From assembly GCA_951406725.2 (NCBI GenBank), contig OX597826.1:57164001-57228000 (forward strand): a stretch of 64,000 nucleotides of DNA, in the 5' to 3' direction. A program made the translations under genes and the position numbers. Positions 40,203-53,372 of this stretch are shown one piece after another. Positions within the stretch are counted from its first letter, which is position 1, and every line of letters begins with the position of its first letter. Origin of the DNA: Octopus vulgaris (taxonomy: Eukaryota). The notes under the pieces are model-generated. The model was not told the DNA's origin. It saw nothing but the letters and a program-made list of their open reading frames with translations, and made no database searches.

Positions 40203-40243
<41 letters not shown>

Positions 40244-40246
<3 letters not shown>

Positions 40247-40628
40247 GAGTTGCAATGGTCCAGTGGTTAGGGTATCGGATTTGCAGTTGTAGGATCATGG
40301 TTTCAATCCACAGACCGGGCGTTGTGAGTGTTTATTGAGCAAAAACACCTAAAGCTCCATGAGGCTCCAGCAGGGGGTGGTGGCGAACCCTGCTGTACTC
40401 TTTCAGCACAACTTTCTCTCACTCTTTCTTCCTGTTTCTGTTGTACCTGTATTTCAAAGGGCCAGCCTTGTCACACTCTGTGTCAGCCTGAATCTACCTG
40501 AGAATTACGTTAAGGTGTACACGTGCCTGTGGAATGCTCAGCCATTTGCATGTTAATTTCATGAGCATGCTGTTCCGTTGATCAGATCAACTGGAACCCT
40601 CATCGTTGTAACCAACGGAGTGCCACGA
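40244..40628 (+). mobile_element. SINE family B, full length, CpG-decayed
   Basis: Colinear with the reverse complement of 24650-25029. Confidence 0.9.
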
Positions 40629-40631
40629 TAT

Positions 40632-40669
<38 letters not shown>

Positions 40670-41557
40670 CAAGAAACTCAAAAGAGGGCAGCAGTGTTGA
40701 ATTCCCTCCTTCACCAAAAGCCAATTACATGAGAATGGCAATTGAAAAGTGATTACACTGGCAATGTATAAAAGAATATATATATATGATGCATAACATA
40801 TATTCGCATGTGTATATGTATGTATATACATACATACACACACACACATATATATTTATACGTATGTGTGTATATATATATATAAATATATATATGTATG
40901 TATATATGTATACATACACACACATATATAGGTAATGTACAGCCCACACACTCAAAAGTAAATACATAAATATAGATACATGTGTGTGTATATATATATA
41001 TATATATAAGTATGTATGTATGTATGTACACAAAGAAGCTAAAGACACAGACTTTGGTGTGTGTAGCTTCCTTATATACTTGATACCACTTTATTCTTGT
41101 ACGTGAATACATTAATGCCATTGCTACATATCCGACCCTATAAGACAACACAGACTTTACCATTATTTCTATGGAACTTCCATATATTTGAAATATGACC
41201 ATCAAAATGCATATCTGATCTACATCATTTTATAAATATTGTGGTAACTAAATCAAACAAACATTGTTATACACAACATAATCAGAGAACGGATTACCAT
41301 CTACACTACTACTTTAGATTCAATTCCACACTGACACCATATGCAGATAAATATAGACACAAAGAACCATGTATAGATTAGATTCTACATATAATGACAC
41401 ATGCATGATTTTGTTTGTTTTTGTTTTTAGCATCTTGTTTTTTTTGTTTTTTTTTGTATTAGATGTAATCGCATGCATACATATCTGTACTTTACACTTA
41501 CTGATATACGTATAAAAATACTCTTATAGATATGCACAAGTGTTCATACACACATAT

Positions 41558-41612
<55 letters not shown>

Positions 41613-41680
41613 AACATACACATGTATATACATACACACACAGATACATATATGCATATTCATACACACACATACATAGA

Positions 41681-41721
<41 letters not shown>

Positions 41722-41969
41722 ATGCACACACACATATATAGATAAATGCAGATATATATACAAAACATTTCAGAGAAGACATTTATTCTTATTATTATAT
41801 TATTATTACTATTATTATTATTGGAGTTGTTTTGTTGCTCTTGTTGTTATCCTCATCATTATTATTTACAAGCTTTTTTCTTTTAATTTTCTGCACTAGT
41901 GAACAGAAGCGACATTAATGTGAAAAAAAAAAAAAAAAGAGGACGAAAGAAAAGAAAAAAATAGCACCA

Positions 41970-42102
41970 TCAACAAAAACAAACCCATATCGTCAGAAAG
42001 AAGCCAGCGAAAGAAAGAACCACGTGCGGTGTAAGTACTGATGCTGTCGATGTTGGTGGGTCATCTTTAAAAAAAGTCTTAACAACAAGACAACCAGAAC
42101 GA
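41970..42102 (-). CDS. candidate terminal coding exon with GPI-signal-like C-terminus (unidentified host gene)
   Basis: Reads RSGCLVVKTFFKDDPPTSTASVLTPHVVLSFAGFFLTIWVCFC*; acceptors gtttgcttcag (exon from 42102, phase 2) or ttttttaaag (from 42064, phase 1); locally CpG-enriched unique sequence. Confidence 0.3.
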
Positions 42103-42659
42103 CTGAAGCAAACTATGAAGAGAGCTAAGACATAAGTGATTCCTTATGATGACTAATTAAAACAACGAGATTGAATCTCATAAAGAAAAAAAAACCCACA
42201 AAAAGGAAAACAAAAAAAAAACTAAATAAAAGACTTCGCCAACCCTTTCCCTCACACTGTTATATTAAATATAAATGATGAAGATGTTGGAATTTAAGTA
42301 CAGGGGAATGTTGATGGATATAGTAGTGGAAGTAATATTACAGAAAGTACAGCATTGGCAAAGATGGTAGAGCATCTGATAAAGTGTCTTCTGGAATTTT
42401 ATTGATGGTGCTTTACATTCTAAGTTCAAATTCCACTGAGATCAACCTTGCTTTTTATCCTCTTTGGGTCAGTAAAGTAAGTACCAAGCGCTGGAAGTCA
42501 ATACATAATGACAGCAGGTTGATGTATCTTAGTTGCATATTATTGTAGGGCCTAGCAGGCAGTGCACTAATAGGGAGTTAGCAAATGACATACACCAACA
42601 AAGGTTTACAGGTATTACATCCGAATGGTAGTGCATCATAAATGCCTCTTGGTATCATA

Positions 42660-42920
42660 ATCAGCATCCTTTGATGTCTGTTTTCCATGCTGGCTTGAGT
42701 TGGACAGTTTGACCAGAGCTGGCAAGCTGGAAAGCTACATACATTTACAGTCCGATTTGGCTTGTTTTCTATGACTGGATGCCATTCCTAGAGCCAACCA
42801 TTCCAAAGAGTGTGCTGGATGCATTTTATGTGGCACCAGCATAGTTGCTTTTACATGGTGCTGGTACAGATGCTTTTTACATGGCCCCAGCACAGGTGCT
42901 TTTTACGTGGTACTGACACG
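42660..42920 (-). mobile_element. family C, diverged copy
   Basis: gttttccatgctggc..gttggacagtttgacc, ggatgccattccta, tgctttttac repeats. Confidence 0.7.
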
Positions 42921-44590
42921 AGGCTCTTGCAGGACAAACCTCTTCACAGAAAGAATGGCATCATGCTATCAGAAAAAAGTAATGATGATGATAATGATGA
43001 TAAAGTTGAAATGGGGTAAAAAATAATTTTCTACGAGCAAGTCTCCACATGGTCACTCAAATCAATAGTAATAGCAGAAAAATCTTGCATATACCCTACC
43101 CAACATCATAAAAAGGATAGGACACATCAGATAATACAGTCCTAGCTAACTCTAAGAAAAGAGATGATAATCTTGGCTGAAATGCCTTTAACCATAGGTC
43201 TGTATGAACAGAGCTGGCCTAGATCTAAACAACAAACTCGGAATTGATATTCATATCTTCACACATACACATGTAAATACACACATACATCAGCTCAGCA
43301 AATAGCTACCCCATATATGTGTGTGCATGTGTGTGTGTGCAGCAGACTTCTTAAGGTTAGTTGTGGGATATTAAAAAAAAAGGGTTAATGGGCCAAGTAG
43401 CATTAATGGATTCAGGAGGGTTGCTGGGGCTGAGAAAAACTGTTGAATTCAGTAATGTTAGTAATGTGCTAAGTAAGGCTTCTATAGTAAGTAGTGTCCC
43501 TGAAATAAAAAGGCTAGTGTGCATTTCTAGACTAAAGTTGGTTGCTAATATTTGGCCCCAAGTGATGTCCAGAAAACAATGATAACCCTCCTTATTCTCT
43601 CCACCATCAACATGAATTTAAAACCTTCATCCCTCCATATAGCTGTGCTGATAATACATGTATAATATAATCCCTTTTAGTTATATAAGTAGCACATTTA
43701 GAAGATGCCGTATCACACATGTATTGTACCTCTGTTAATATGTCCCCTGACATATCGGTTTCCATATTCAGCTTTTGAATCCACTGAAATGGTAGAGTGG
43801 TTAGAGTGTTGGATAAAATACTGTAATATATTTGTTCTGGCTCTCTGTACCCTATGTTCAATGCCTGCCAGAGTCAACTTTGCCTTAGTCCACTACTGAA
43901 GTCAATTCTCCCTTTCTTCCTTTATCTCTTTCTCTCTCACTCTGAAGCTGACTGTGATTTTCACCTGGTGAAAGAAATGGACTCTGCCAAGTTTAAAAAC
44001 ATCACATGACATGCCATATGTCACAATGGTTCCACCAATGGTTCCACCAAAAGTCGAGGTCATAAAGCAAGTAACTTAATTTCACCCTTGTTTTTTGCAT
44101 TGCTTTGTTTTCTTTTTCATGGTATACCTCAAACTTATGAATGTCACGTGTATTCCCAAACCCTGGTTTTAGTTTATTTAGCACCTCCATAGAAAGCTTT
44201 CATAGAAGAGGATCTCACAAGTCATTAATCCACACTGAAGTCTTACTACCCATTGGATTACACAAAGCAAAATTCTGACAAAAGCTTTTGCTAAGGTGAA
44301 CAAATGCAAGATAGAAGGTTTAAGGTTTCTTCCCCACCCTACACCATTGTAAAGGTATTTCTCTTCCAAACGTCTGACTTACACAAGTAGTCAACAACAA
44401 CAATAACAATAATAGTGGCTTCTCTCTTATATGGAGATGATTTATGTGGGTGTGATATGGGAGTTGTTATGAGATTTATGTCTTTACCAAAAGCATTAAG
44501 CAACAGTAAGCGATGTGAAATGGTTCCACTCGGGAGTTTGGCAGTAGATTTTGGTTCACTCACCTTAATATAAAAGAAGCGATTTTGTTT

Positions 44591-44599
44591 TATATATAC

Positions 44600-44691
<92 letters not shown>

Positions 44692-44787
44692 ACATACATA
44701 TATATATACATATACATATACATATATATATACATATATATATATACATATACATATATATACATATATATATATATATATACATAT

Positions 44788-44866
<79 letters not shown>

Positions 44867-44877
44867 TACATATATAC

Positions 44878-44968
<91 letters not shown>
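44591..44968. repeat. (TA)n microsatellite
   Basis: Direct inspection. Confidence 0.95.
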
Positions 44969-44969
<1 letters not shown>

Positions 44970-45129
44970 TTACTGGGAGTGGGTATAGTTTAAGGTATTG
45001 ACCCAAGAATATTACCAATCACACTACACTATGCCACACTGACAGAATAGGATGATGCTGAGTACAGGGAAGAACTGGAGTACTTTACATTAAGAATAGA
45101 TATGTTATAAAGGAGGAGGGGAGATTTAT

Positions 45130-45610
45130 AGCCGGGGTGGGGAGAAAAATGAATGGAATAAAGTCAGAAAAATAACGAGAAATTGAGAGAAAGAGAGAAA
45201 GAGACTACTGTGTGAGTGTGTGAGAGAGAGAGAAAGAGAGAAACAGAAGAGAGAGAGAGAAAGTGTGATAAGAAAGAAATTGGAAGAAAGTGTGACTAGA
45301 AAAGGAGAGAAACAGTGAAGAAACAGAGTGAAAAGGAAGACAAAGAAGCATGATGAGGGTGATGGTGGGGGTGCAATATGAAGAAAGAAGAAAGAGAAAA
45401 AGAGAAAAGAGAAAAAGAGGAAAGAGAAAAAGATTAAGAGCAGAGGAAGAGAAAGTGAAAGTGAAGAGGAAGAAGAAATAGTAAAGACAAAGGGTAAGAA
45501 GAAGTAGAAAGAATTAAGGGATGGACAGAGATAGAAATGTACATAGATATAGATAGATATACAGCTAGATGGATAGATATACAGATAGATATATACAGAT
45601 GGATAGCTGG

Positions 45611-45659
<49 letters not shown>

Positions 45660-45679
45660 TAGAGAGAGATAGAGAGATG

Positions 45680-45731
<52 letters not shown>

Positions 45732-45734
45732 GAG

Positions 45735-45789
<55 letters not shown>

Positions 45790-45795
45790 GAGATG

Positions 45796-45856
<61 letters not shown>

Positions 45857-46320
45857 ATGAATCAAAGAGAGAAGCAAAGAGAGAAAAGATATGTATAAAG
45901 AAGGGAGGTAGATAGACGGTGGGATATATGTCAGGAGTGAGAGACATTGAGAAGAATATATATACATATATATATATATATACATACAGAGAGACGGAAT
46001 GGAATCAGATGAAGAAATGGAGGAGAGGAAGGTAATAACAGAGAAAGAGGGAAAAAGATTCAGAAACAACAGAGTAAGAATTACTCAGAGAGAAAAGAGA
46101 AGGATAGATTGGAGGAATATGAAAGATATTAAGGGGGTGGGGAGAAAAAAAGGAACGTTAGACAGATAGAGAGAAAAAGATAGATATGATGATAGATATG
46201 AGAGAGAGAAAGAGAGAGAGGATAGATAGAGGTAATGGAAAATGAGGATAGAAACTGTGGTAGGTAAAGGAGATTTGGAATACAGTAGCAAAAACAGAGA
46301 TTTGAGAAAATATAGAATCA
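45130..46320. repeat. polypurine tract including (GATA)n at about 45545-45855
   Basis: Direct inspection. Confidence 0.9.
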
Positions 46321-48029
46321 ATAAAATATGACTGTACGCACGCACACACATAGACAACCTATATATGTGTCTATGTGTATGCGTGAATGCACACGTGTAT
46401 GTGTGTGTACATATATTATCATATATATATATGTATATATATATATATGTATGTAGTGATAAAGACAGTATAAAGAGGTAAGTGTATGCCAGTAAGAAAG
46501 TATGGTTATAGTATCATTCCTGGCTATAAGGACACACACAAACACACACATACACATACACATGTACATGTAAGGTTAGTGGAGAAAGTGGAGTTTTTCG
46601 AAGTGGACATTTTAGTGTTTATTAGAGAGAGAGAAAGAGAGTGAGAGAGAGAGAGAGAGGAAGGTGGAGTGAATGAGAGAGACAAAGTGAGTGAAGACTT
46701 ACTCATCTGTCTGTCTCACCTTCATTCATTATACACATCCATCCATCACTCTAATCTCTCTCTCTCTCGTTTTCTCTCTTTCACTCTCTCTCTCTCTCGT
46801 TTTCTCTCTTTCACTCTCTCTCTCTCTTGCTTCTTTCTAAAATTCATTTTCACTAAAAGTGAGAGAGGAAAGGAAAGTGACTGAGGAGAGATACAGAAAG
46901 AAAATACAGAGACAGAAAGTATAAGAGAAAAGAAAGTTTGGGCATGGAGGTGTGTTTCTATTTACTTATCTCATAAATGCTTCTCTCCTAACTATCTATT
47001 CTTCCTCTCTTTTTCTCACTCTCTCTCTCTCTCTCTCTCTCTTCCTTGTTTCTTTCTCTCCTCCTTAATATTCTACAGTCTTTCACTTTTGGATTTTCTC
47101 CCCCAAATCCTCTGCTATCCCTACCTCTATTTGCAGTTCAAACCTATAGCCAGAAACCACTTCTTGCTCCTCCTACTCATCATCTCCTCCTTGGTCCATT
47201 TTCCAGTCCACCTTGTCACACCTTACTCATTCTACCTGTCTTCAAACCTATTGCCCTCACTCTGTCTCTTCTCTATTCCTTCTGCCATCATCCAAAACCT
47301 CTTGTACATTCTAACCTATTCAACTCCCTGTCTCTTCTCTCCCCACTCTCTCTTTCTCCCTCTCCATCATCCCAACCTAAATCACTTCGATTTTATTCCT
47401 CACTCACATAATCCAATCCACGTATCTCCATCAACTTAACAACACCTAGTGTGCCCTGTTAAATTTGAAATATTCTAACCACTTGTTCCTTTCAATGCAG
47501 CTACAGCTGAAATATAAAGGGGGAAGGGTGTTCAAGCTAAGCCCAGTAAGGATAGAAATCTAAAATTATACTCTGAAAAGAGAAAGATGTGGTCATTATA
47601 TGGTGTGTGTGAATGTGTAAGTGTAAGCCTTTCAGCTTTAAGGAGCTCATTATATGTGTGTGTGTTTCTATAGACATACACGTGTATATATAATGCATCC
47701 CATGATCCCTTGGAAATTGATAGGTTTACGAACATCAACATTTTAACAGGGTATTCTTTATTATGTAGTTCTTCAAATTTTCCAGAATATCTTTGAAAAT
47801 TCTTCATTACTGATATTCCAGTTTCCTAAATTAAAAAACAAAATTTGTATATACATCTATATATATAATAACGTAGGCAGCTATATGCAATATAAAACCA
47901 AAAAGGAAAAATTCAATTGTCACTAATTGTGACTGAGGATGCAGGGCGGCACCTATATTGCTAGAAATAAGAGTTAAGACCCTTAGAACTGCAAGGAAGC
48001 ACATTTTCATCATATTGTGATGGTTGTAG

Positions 48030-48061
<32 letters not shown>

Positions 48062-48637
48062 AAAGTAAGATAGGGGTTATGGGTATAACCCACTATGGGA
48101 TATCAATTATCCTATATATATATATATCATCGTGTGATGGTTATAGTATATATATGCACACATTAGTGTGTGCGTGAGTGTGCATGCGCATGTAAGTGCA
48201 CATTTATTTCGTGCTGACCAAACAAAAAAATCACTATTATATTCTACCTCAGCCTTGTCTGTGACACATACATAATCTCAACACAAAACACAACATATAA
48301 CCTAACCATTAAGACACACACCACCACCACCACCACTACCACCTCCACCATGGTCACCATATCTTCACCACCAGAGCTGCTACAGCCATAACCTCTAGTT
48401 CCACTAACAATACCATTATAACCACAACCACTACATCTACTAACTAAACCTGCTACTACTACTACCACACTTCAACAATACCCCACCACCACCACCACCA
48501 CTACCACCACTGCCACCTACCTTCATGAACCCCAAATTCTTCTAGGAACATCATTACAGCCACCATTACAACCCTTTTACTTTTATTACAACAGGCACTT
48601 ACAACAACTAACCCATACCTTTGCTTCACTACGACTG

Positions 48638-48674
<37 letters not shown>

Positions 48675-49096
48675 AGACCCATCATAAACCTTTATTTTTG
48701 CTAGTAACACCATTACAACTACTACCTCACCTTAATCTCCATTACAGCAGACACTACCATGACGGAACCCATTATGAGAGACATTTACAACAACTTCAAC
48801 AACAAAAGCTGCTACTGTACCACAACTATCACCCCTACCTTCATAACAACAGCGAAATCCACAATCCCCACCTTCTTCGCTACCATCACAGCGCCAATGT
48901 AACAACAAGCCTACACCTCCAATAATAGTAACTGAAGACATCCCCACCATACACACACACACACACACAGACACGCACACATTCACCTAACATATATTCC
49001 TCCTCCGCCGCCCCCACCTCACTCATCACATCATCTGGTTCTGTACCACCGCCGCCACCATCTCCCATGACTATGATGACCCAAAGACTGACTCAC

Positions 49097-49289
49097 TCCT
49101 TAAATTTTATCGGATTTTTCTTCACATACTTCATCGACGTTATTGTCGTCACTGGAGGAATCCACAACCTGTTGATCTAGAATAAGGAACCGGGCACAGA
49201 ATAAAGTGTACCTGAGTTGGCGCTTGGCTGAAAGGAGTAGGCACTAAGCTGTGAAGAAGAGGGAGATGGAATGGATTGCCGGCAGGAGG
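49097..49289 (-). other. candidate exon (ATG at 49134, MKYVKKNPIKFK plus GA, phase-2 donor)
   Basis: Donor GTGAGT at 49096-49091; acceptors at 49291-49290 (atttcctcag) and 49178-49177 (ccttattctag); complex, CpG-enriched island between low-complexity tracts. Confidence 0.35.
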
Positions 49290-49314
49290 CTGAGGAAATG
49301 TTATATATATGTGA

Positions 49315-49370
<56 letters not shown>

Positions 49371-49479
49371 ATATATACATATTTATATATACATGTATAC
49401 ATATAAATACATATATGCATATATATATATATATAAATATATATACATAAATACATATATACATAAATACTTATATATA

Positions 49480-49542
<63 letters not shown>

Positions 49543-49553
49543 TCATCATCATC

Positions 49554-49590
<37 letters not shown>

Positions 49591-50199
49591 AGCATGCACA
49601 CAGCTAGATAGAAATACAGAGACAGACAAACTGATAGATGCTAACAATGAGAAGAGGAGCTGCGGAGGATAAGACACAACAGATAAATGGAAAGAAGTGA
49701 GAAAGGAAATTGGTGTGGACATTATTATAAGTGGAAGATGAAGACAAAATTGAGCAAGAAGAGAAAGAAAATGGGAGAGCGAGAGGAGAGAGAAAGAGAG
49801 AGAGAAAGAGAGAGAAGAGAGATAGAGAGAGAGAGAGAGAGTGAAATAATGAAGTTAGAAAAGGAGGATAAAAAAGAAATAGGAAAAGGTAAATGTGGGA
49901 GGGATTCAAAAAGAGGAGGGGAAGTAGGAGGAGATACGGGGTGGGGGGGGATAAAGTAGAGACAAATTTAAGTGTAATAGTGAGGAAAGTGTGAGTACAA
50001 ATGTATATAGACTTGGTGTATAAGTATGTTTTTGTGTATGCTGAAGTTCATGTATGTGTAGATTTTCATGTGTGTACATATGTGACAAACAAGGCTGCAA
50101 GTATAAACATCTTGATGTGTGGATGGTGTAGAGAAGACTGTGTGTGATAATATGTAAGCTGATGTATATTGAGTATGTATACATTTTAAAGCCGGTTTC

Positions 50200-50230
<31 letters not shown>

Positions 50231-50344
50231 GTGTGTTTGTGTGCATGCAGCTATATATATTTGAGGAGTGTTCATAACATTCAGGTGTGTATGTGTCTTC
50301 TGAAGTGTGCTGTCTACAAAGGTGGGTTTGAGGATTACAGCCAC

Positions 50345-50345
50345 T

Positions 50346-50408
<63 letters not shown>

Positions 50409-50435
50409 TGTGTGTGTGTGTGTGTGTGTGAGTGT

Positions 50436-50476
<41 letters not shown>

Positions 50477-50479
50477 TGT

Positions 50480-50513
<34 letters not shown>

Positions 50514-50560
50514 GTGTGTGTGTGTGTGTGTGTGTATGTGTGCGTGTGTGTGTGTGCGCA
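50345..50560. repeat. (TG)n microsatellite
   Basis: Direct inspection. Confidence 0.95.
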
Positions 50561-51505
50561 TGCACGTGTTAAGGAGTATACAATGAAATTAATAAGTAAT
50601 ATGAAAATACATAAGTTCTAGGCAAACTTGTCCTGTATACTTGTTTACAATATTAAGAACACCTTTGTTTAAGAAATCATAAATGCAAGCAGCACATATG
50701 AGGAAACAAGAGAGGTTTCTTTAAATGATTTATACATACAAACACATGTACATCCATACATACCTATATACATTTATACACACATAAACGCACACACACA
50801 CATACACACATACATACATACATACAGACAGACAGTGATACATTCATAGACTAGAAACTGGCTCATTCTCCATTGGTGAGAAATTCGAAAAATTAAAACT
50901 AAGAATGAACATACACACACACAATACTGATATTTGTAATGTATATCATATCGGTGCAAAAATGCATCTGCTACTAATGGGTTTTAAACATGCATTTATG
51001 CATTACTTCAATTTTGTGAGTATATTTTGTGCACACACACACACACCGATACACACTATGCATTTACATACACACAAGCATACACAGTATAAACTTATAT
51101 ACACACACCAATACACACTATACATTTAAATACACATTCAAACATATTCAAGCATATACACGAATGTAGGTGCACACAAACATGTAGATGTGTAAGCATA
51201 CATGCATGCACACATCAGTGTGTATATCGATGCATTATTCTGCCTCTTTGTGTAGAAATACACATAAATATATGTATAAATACACAAAGATATTCACTTG
51301 TGCATATTTCAGTGTCTCTCTCTCTATATATATATATACATAAACTGATGCAGATTCATGGACTCACACTTTTATATATGTGTGTGTTTGTATGTGTATA
51401 AGCATAAATACATACACATGCACATATGTATGTATATATGTATGTATATGTATGTATATATATATATATACATATATATATACATATATATATATACATA
51501 TATAC

Positions 51506-51540
<35 letters not shown>

Positions 51541-51677
51541 CATATCTATATATACATATATATACATATATATATATATACATATGATTGATTGATTGAT
51601 TGATTGATTCCAGTTCCAGCCTATGAGCTGTGGCCATGCTGGGGCACCGCCATTTGGTGTTGCTACTTGGTTTTACT

Positions 51678-53372
51678 TCATGGGGGCTTTCTAGCAACTG
51701 CTATTTGGTGCATGAGAGAGTTCGATGCAGCTGCCCTCATCTGCCCCTCCTGCCGTGAAGTTGGTTCATCTGGGACACCAGACAGGAAGAGATCCAGCTT
51801 CATCTTAAAGACATCTGTATCCACCCCATGCAGGTCTCTCAGGTTCTTCGGGAGGATATTGAAGAGCTGTGGGCCTCGGAAGCCCAGGCTATCACAGAAT
51901 CTTGTCCTACATCTTGATGGCAGGTTTGGAGTCCTAGGCACCACGCAGTGGCGCCCAGTTCTGGCATTTGTGTAACTCTCGATGCCAAAGTTCAGGACAC
52001 TTCCCTCCAGGATCTTCCAGATGTATATTATGGCATATCTTTCCCGCCTACGCTCCAGGGAGTATAATTTTAATCTCTTGAGTCTTTCCCAGTAGCTTAC
52101 ATTCTGCATAGAGGCTATCTTCTTTGTGTAGCTTCGTTGGATCGCCTCAAGTTCTGTGATCAACTTGACACTGGATGGTGACCATAGCTGAGAGCAATAG
52201 TCAAAGTGGCTTAGGACAAGTGTCTTCCAGAGGACCATCATGGTTTCTTGTTCTCTTGTTCTAAAGGTTCTAAGAATCCAGCCAGCCAGCCGTCTACATT
52301 TCACTGTCAGTTTAGCAACATGTACATGAAAGGTCGCGTCATCACTCATGTGAATACCAAGGTCACGCACTGATTGTGCCTCTGGGATTGCAATCCCTCC
52401 GGGTCCAGTGTATTCATTGGGTATTGCATTCAGTTTTGCATGCTGATAGTATAAAGCTTGAAACTTTCCAGCATTGAACTGCATGCTATTCTTTTCAGCC
52501 CACTTGTATATTTCGTCCAGCTCACATTGCAGGTTTTTAGTGTCCTCAGGGTTCTGTATTGCCTGTGAAACTTTTGTATCATCTGCATAACTTGTGATCG
52601 TGGATCTCTGCGTGGCTGAGGGCATGTCTGAGAGGGCCATTATGAACAGTAGTGGTCCCAAAACAGTGCCCTGTGGAACACCACTCATTATTTGCGTGTT
52701 AATGGAAGTGGCCCCATTGGCTACTACCACCTGACTTCTATTCTTCAGAAAGTCGTGAAGCCATTCTCCTAGTTTTCCAACTATGCCAAGATCACGCAAC
52801 CTGTGACATATCATTCCGTGATCGACTTTATCGAAGGCCTTTGCGAAGTCGAGATATATGACTTCCACATTTGAGTGGTTGAGCAGTTGTTTCAGCACCC
52901 AGTCATAGTGCTGCAGGAGCTGAGTTAAGCAGCTTCTTCCTGGTCGGAAACCATGTTGGGTGTCAGGCAGCAAGTCATTTTCTTCAAGGAAGGTGATTAG
53001 TTTCCTTCTGACTATTCGTTCCATGACCTTGCTGATGTGTGAGGTCAGAGAGATAGGTCTGTAGTTCTTTGCCTCCGCTCTGCTACCTCCTTTATGAATA
53101 GGGCATATTTTACCTTCCTTCAGTCCCCTTGGAAGTTTGCCAGCTGCAAGGAAGCTCTGAAAGAGGGACTGCAGTGGTCTTGCTAAGACTCTCTTACATA
53201 CTTTTAGGAGGATTGCCGGGAATCCATCGGGGCCAGTAGCTGAGTCTATTTTCATTTCATCTATAGCCTTTATTACATCGTCTTCCTTTATCTCGATGTA
53301 ACTTATCGTCGCCGCCTCTGATTCTATATCTGCAGTGGTAAAGAAGTCAGTTGGATTGCTGATTTGGAAATG
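51678..53372 (-). CDS. LINE ORF2, reverse transcriptase part
   Basis: Motifs [65 protein letters not shown]; frame stays open upstream of the annotated Met to about 53372. Confidence 0.95.
   Translation of the reverse strand, partial: HFQISNPTDFFTTADIESEAATISYIEIKEDDVIKAIDEMKIDSATGPDGFPAILLKVCKRVLARPLQSLFQSFLAAGKLPRGLKEGKICPIHKGGSRAEAKNYRPISLTSHISKVMERIVRRKLITFLEENDLLPDTQHGFRPGRSCLTQLLQHYDWVLKQLLNHSNVEVIYLDFAKAFDKVDHGMICHRLRDLGIVGKLGEWLHDFLKNRSQVVVANGATSINTQIMSGVPQGTVLGPLLFIMALSDMPSATQRSTITSYADDTKVSQAIQNPEDTKNLQCELDEIYKWAEKNSMQFNAGKFQALYYQHAKLNAIPNEYTGPGGIAIPEAQSVRDLGIHMSDDATFHVHVAKLTVKCRRLAGWILRTFRTREQETMMVLWKTLVLSHFDYCSQLWSPSSVKLITELEAIQRSYTKKIASMQNVSYWERLKRLKLYSLERRRERYAIIYIWKILEGSVLNFGIESYTNARTGRHCVVPRTPNLPSRCRTRFCDSLGFRGPQLFNILPKNLRDLHGVDTDVFKMKLDLFLSGVPDEPTSRQEGQMRAAASNSLMHQIAVARKPP

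Noticed and set aside
48242-48275. 11-nt microexon cacag|ACAAGGCTGAG|gtagaa (minus)
   Set aside because: Both splice sites are weak.
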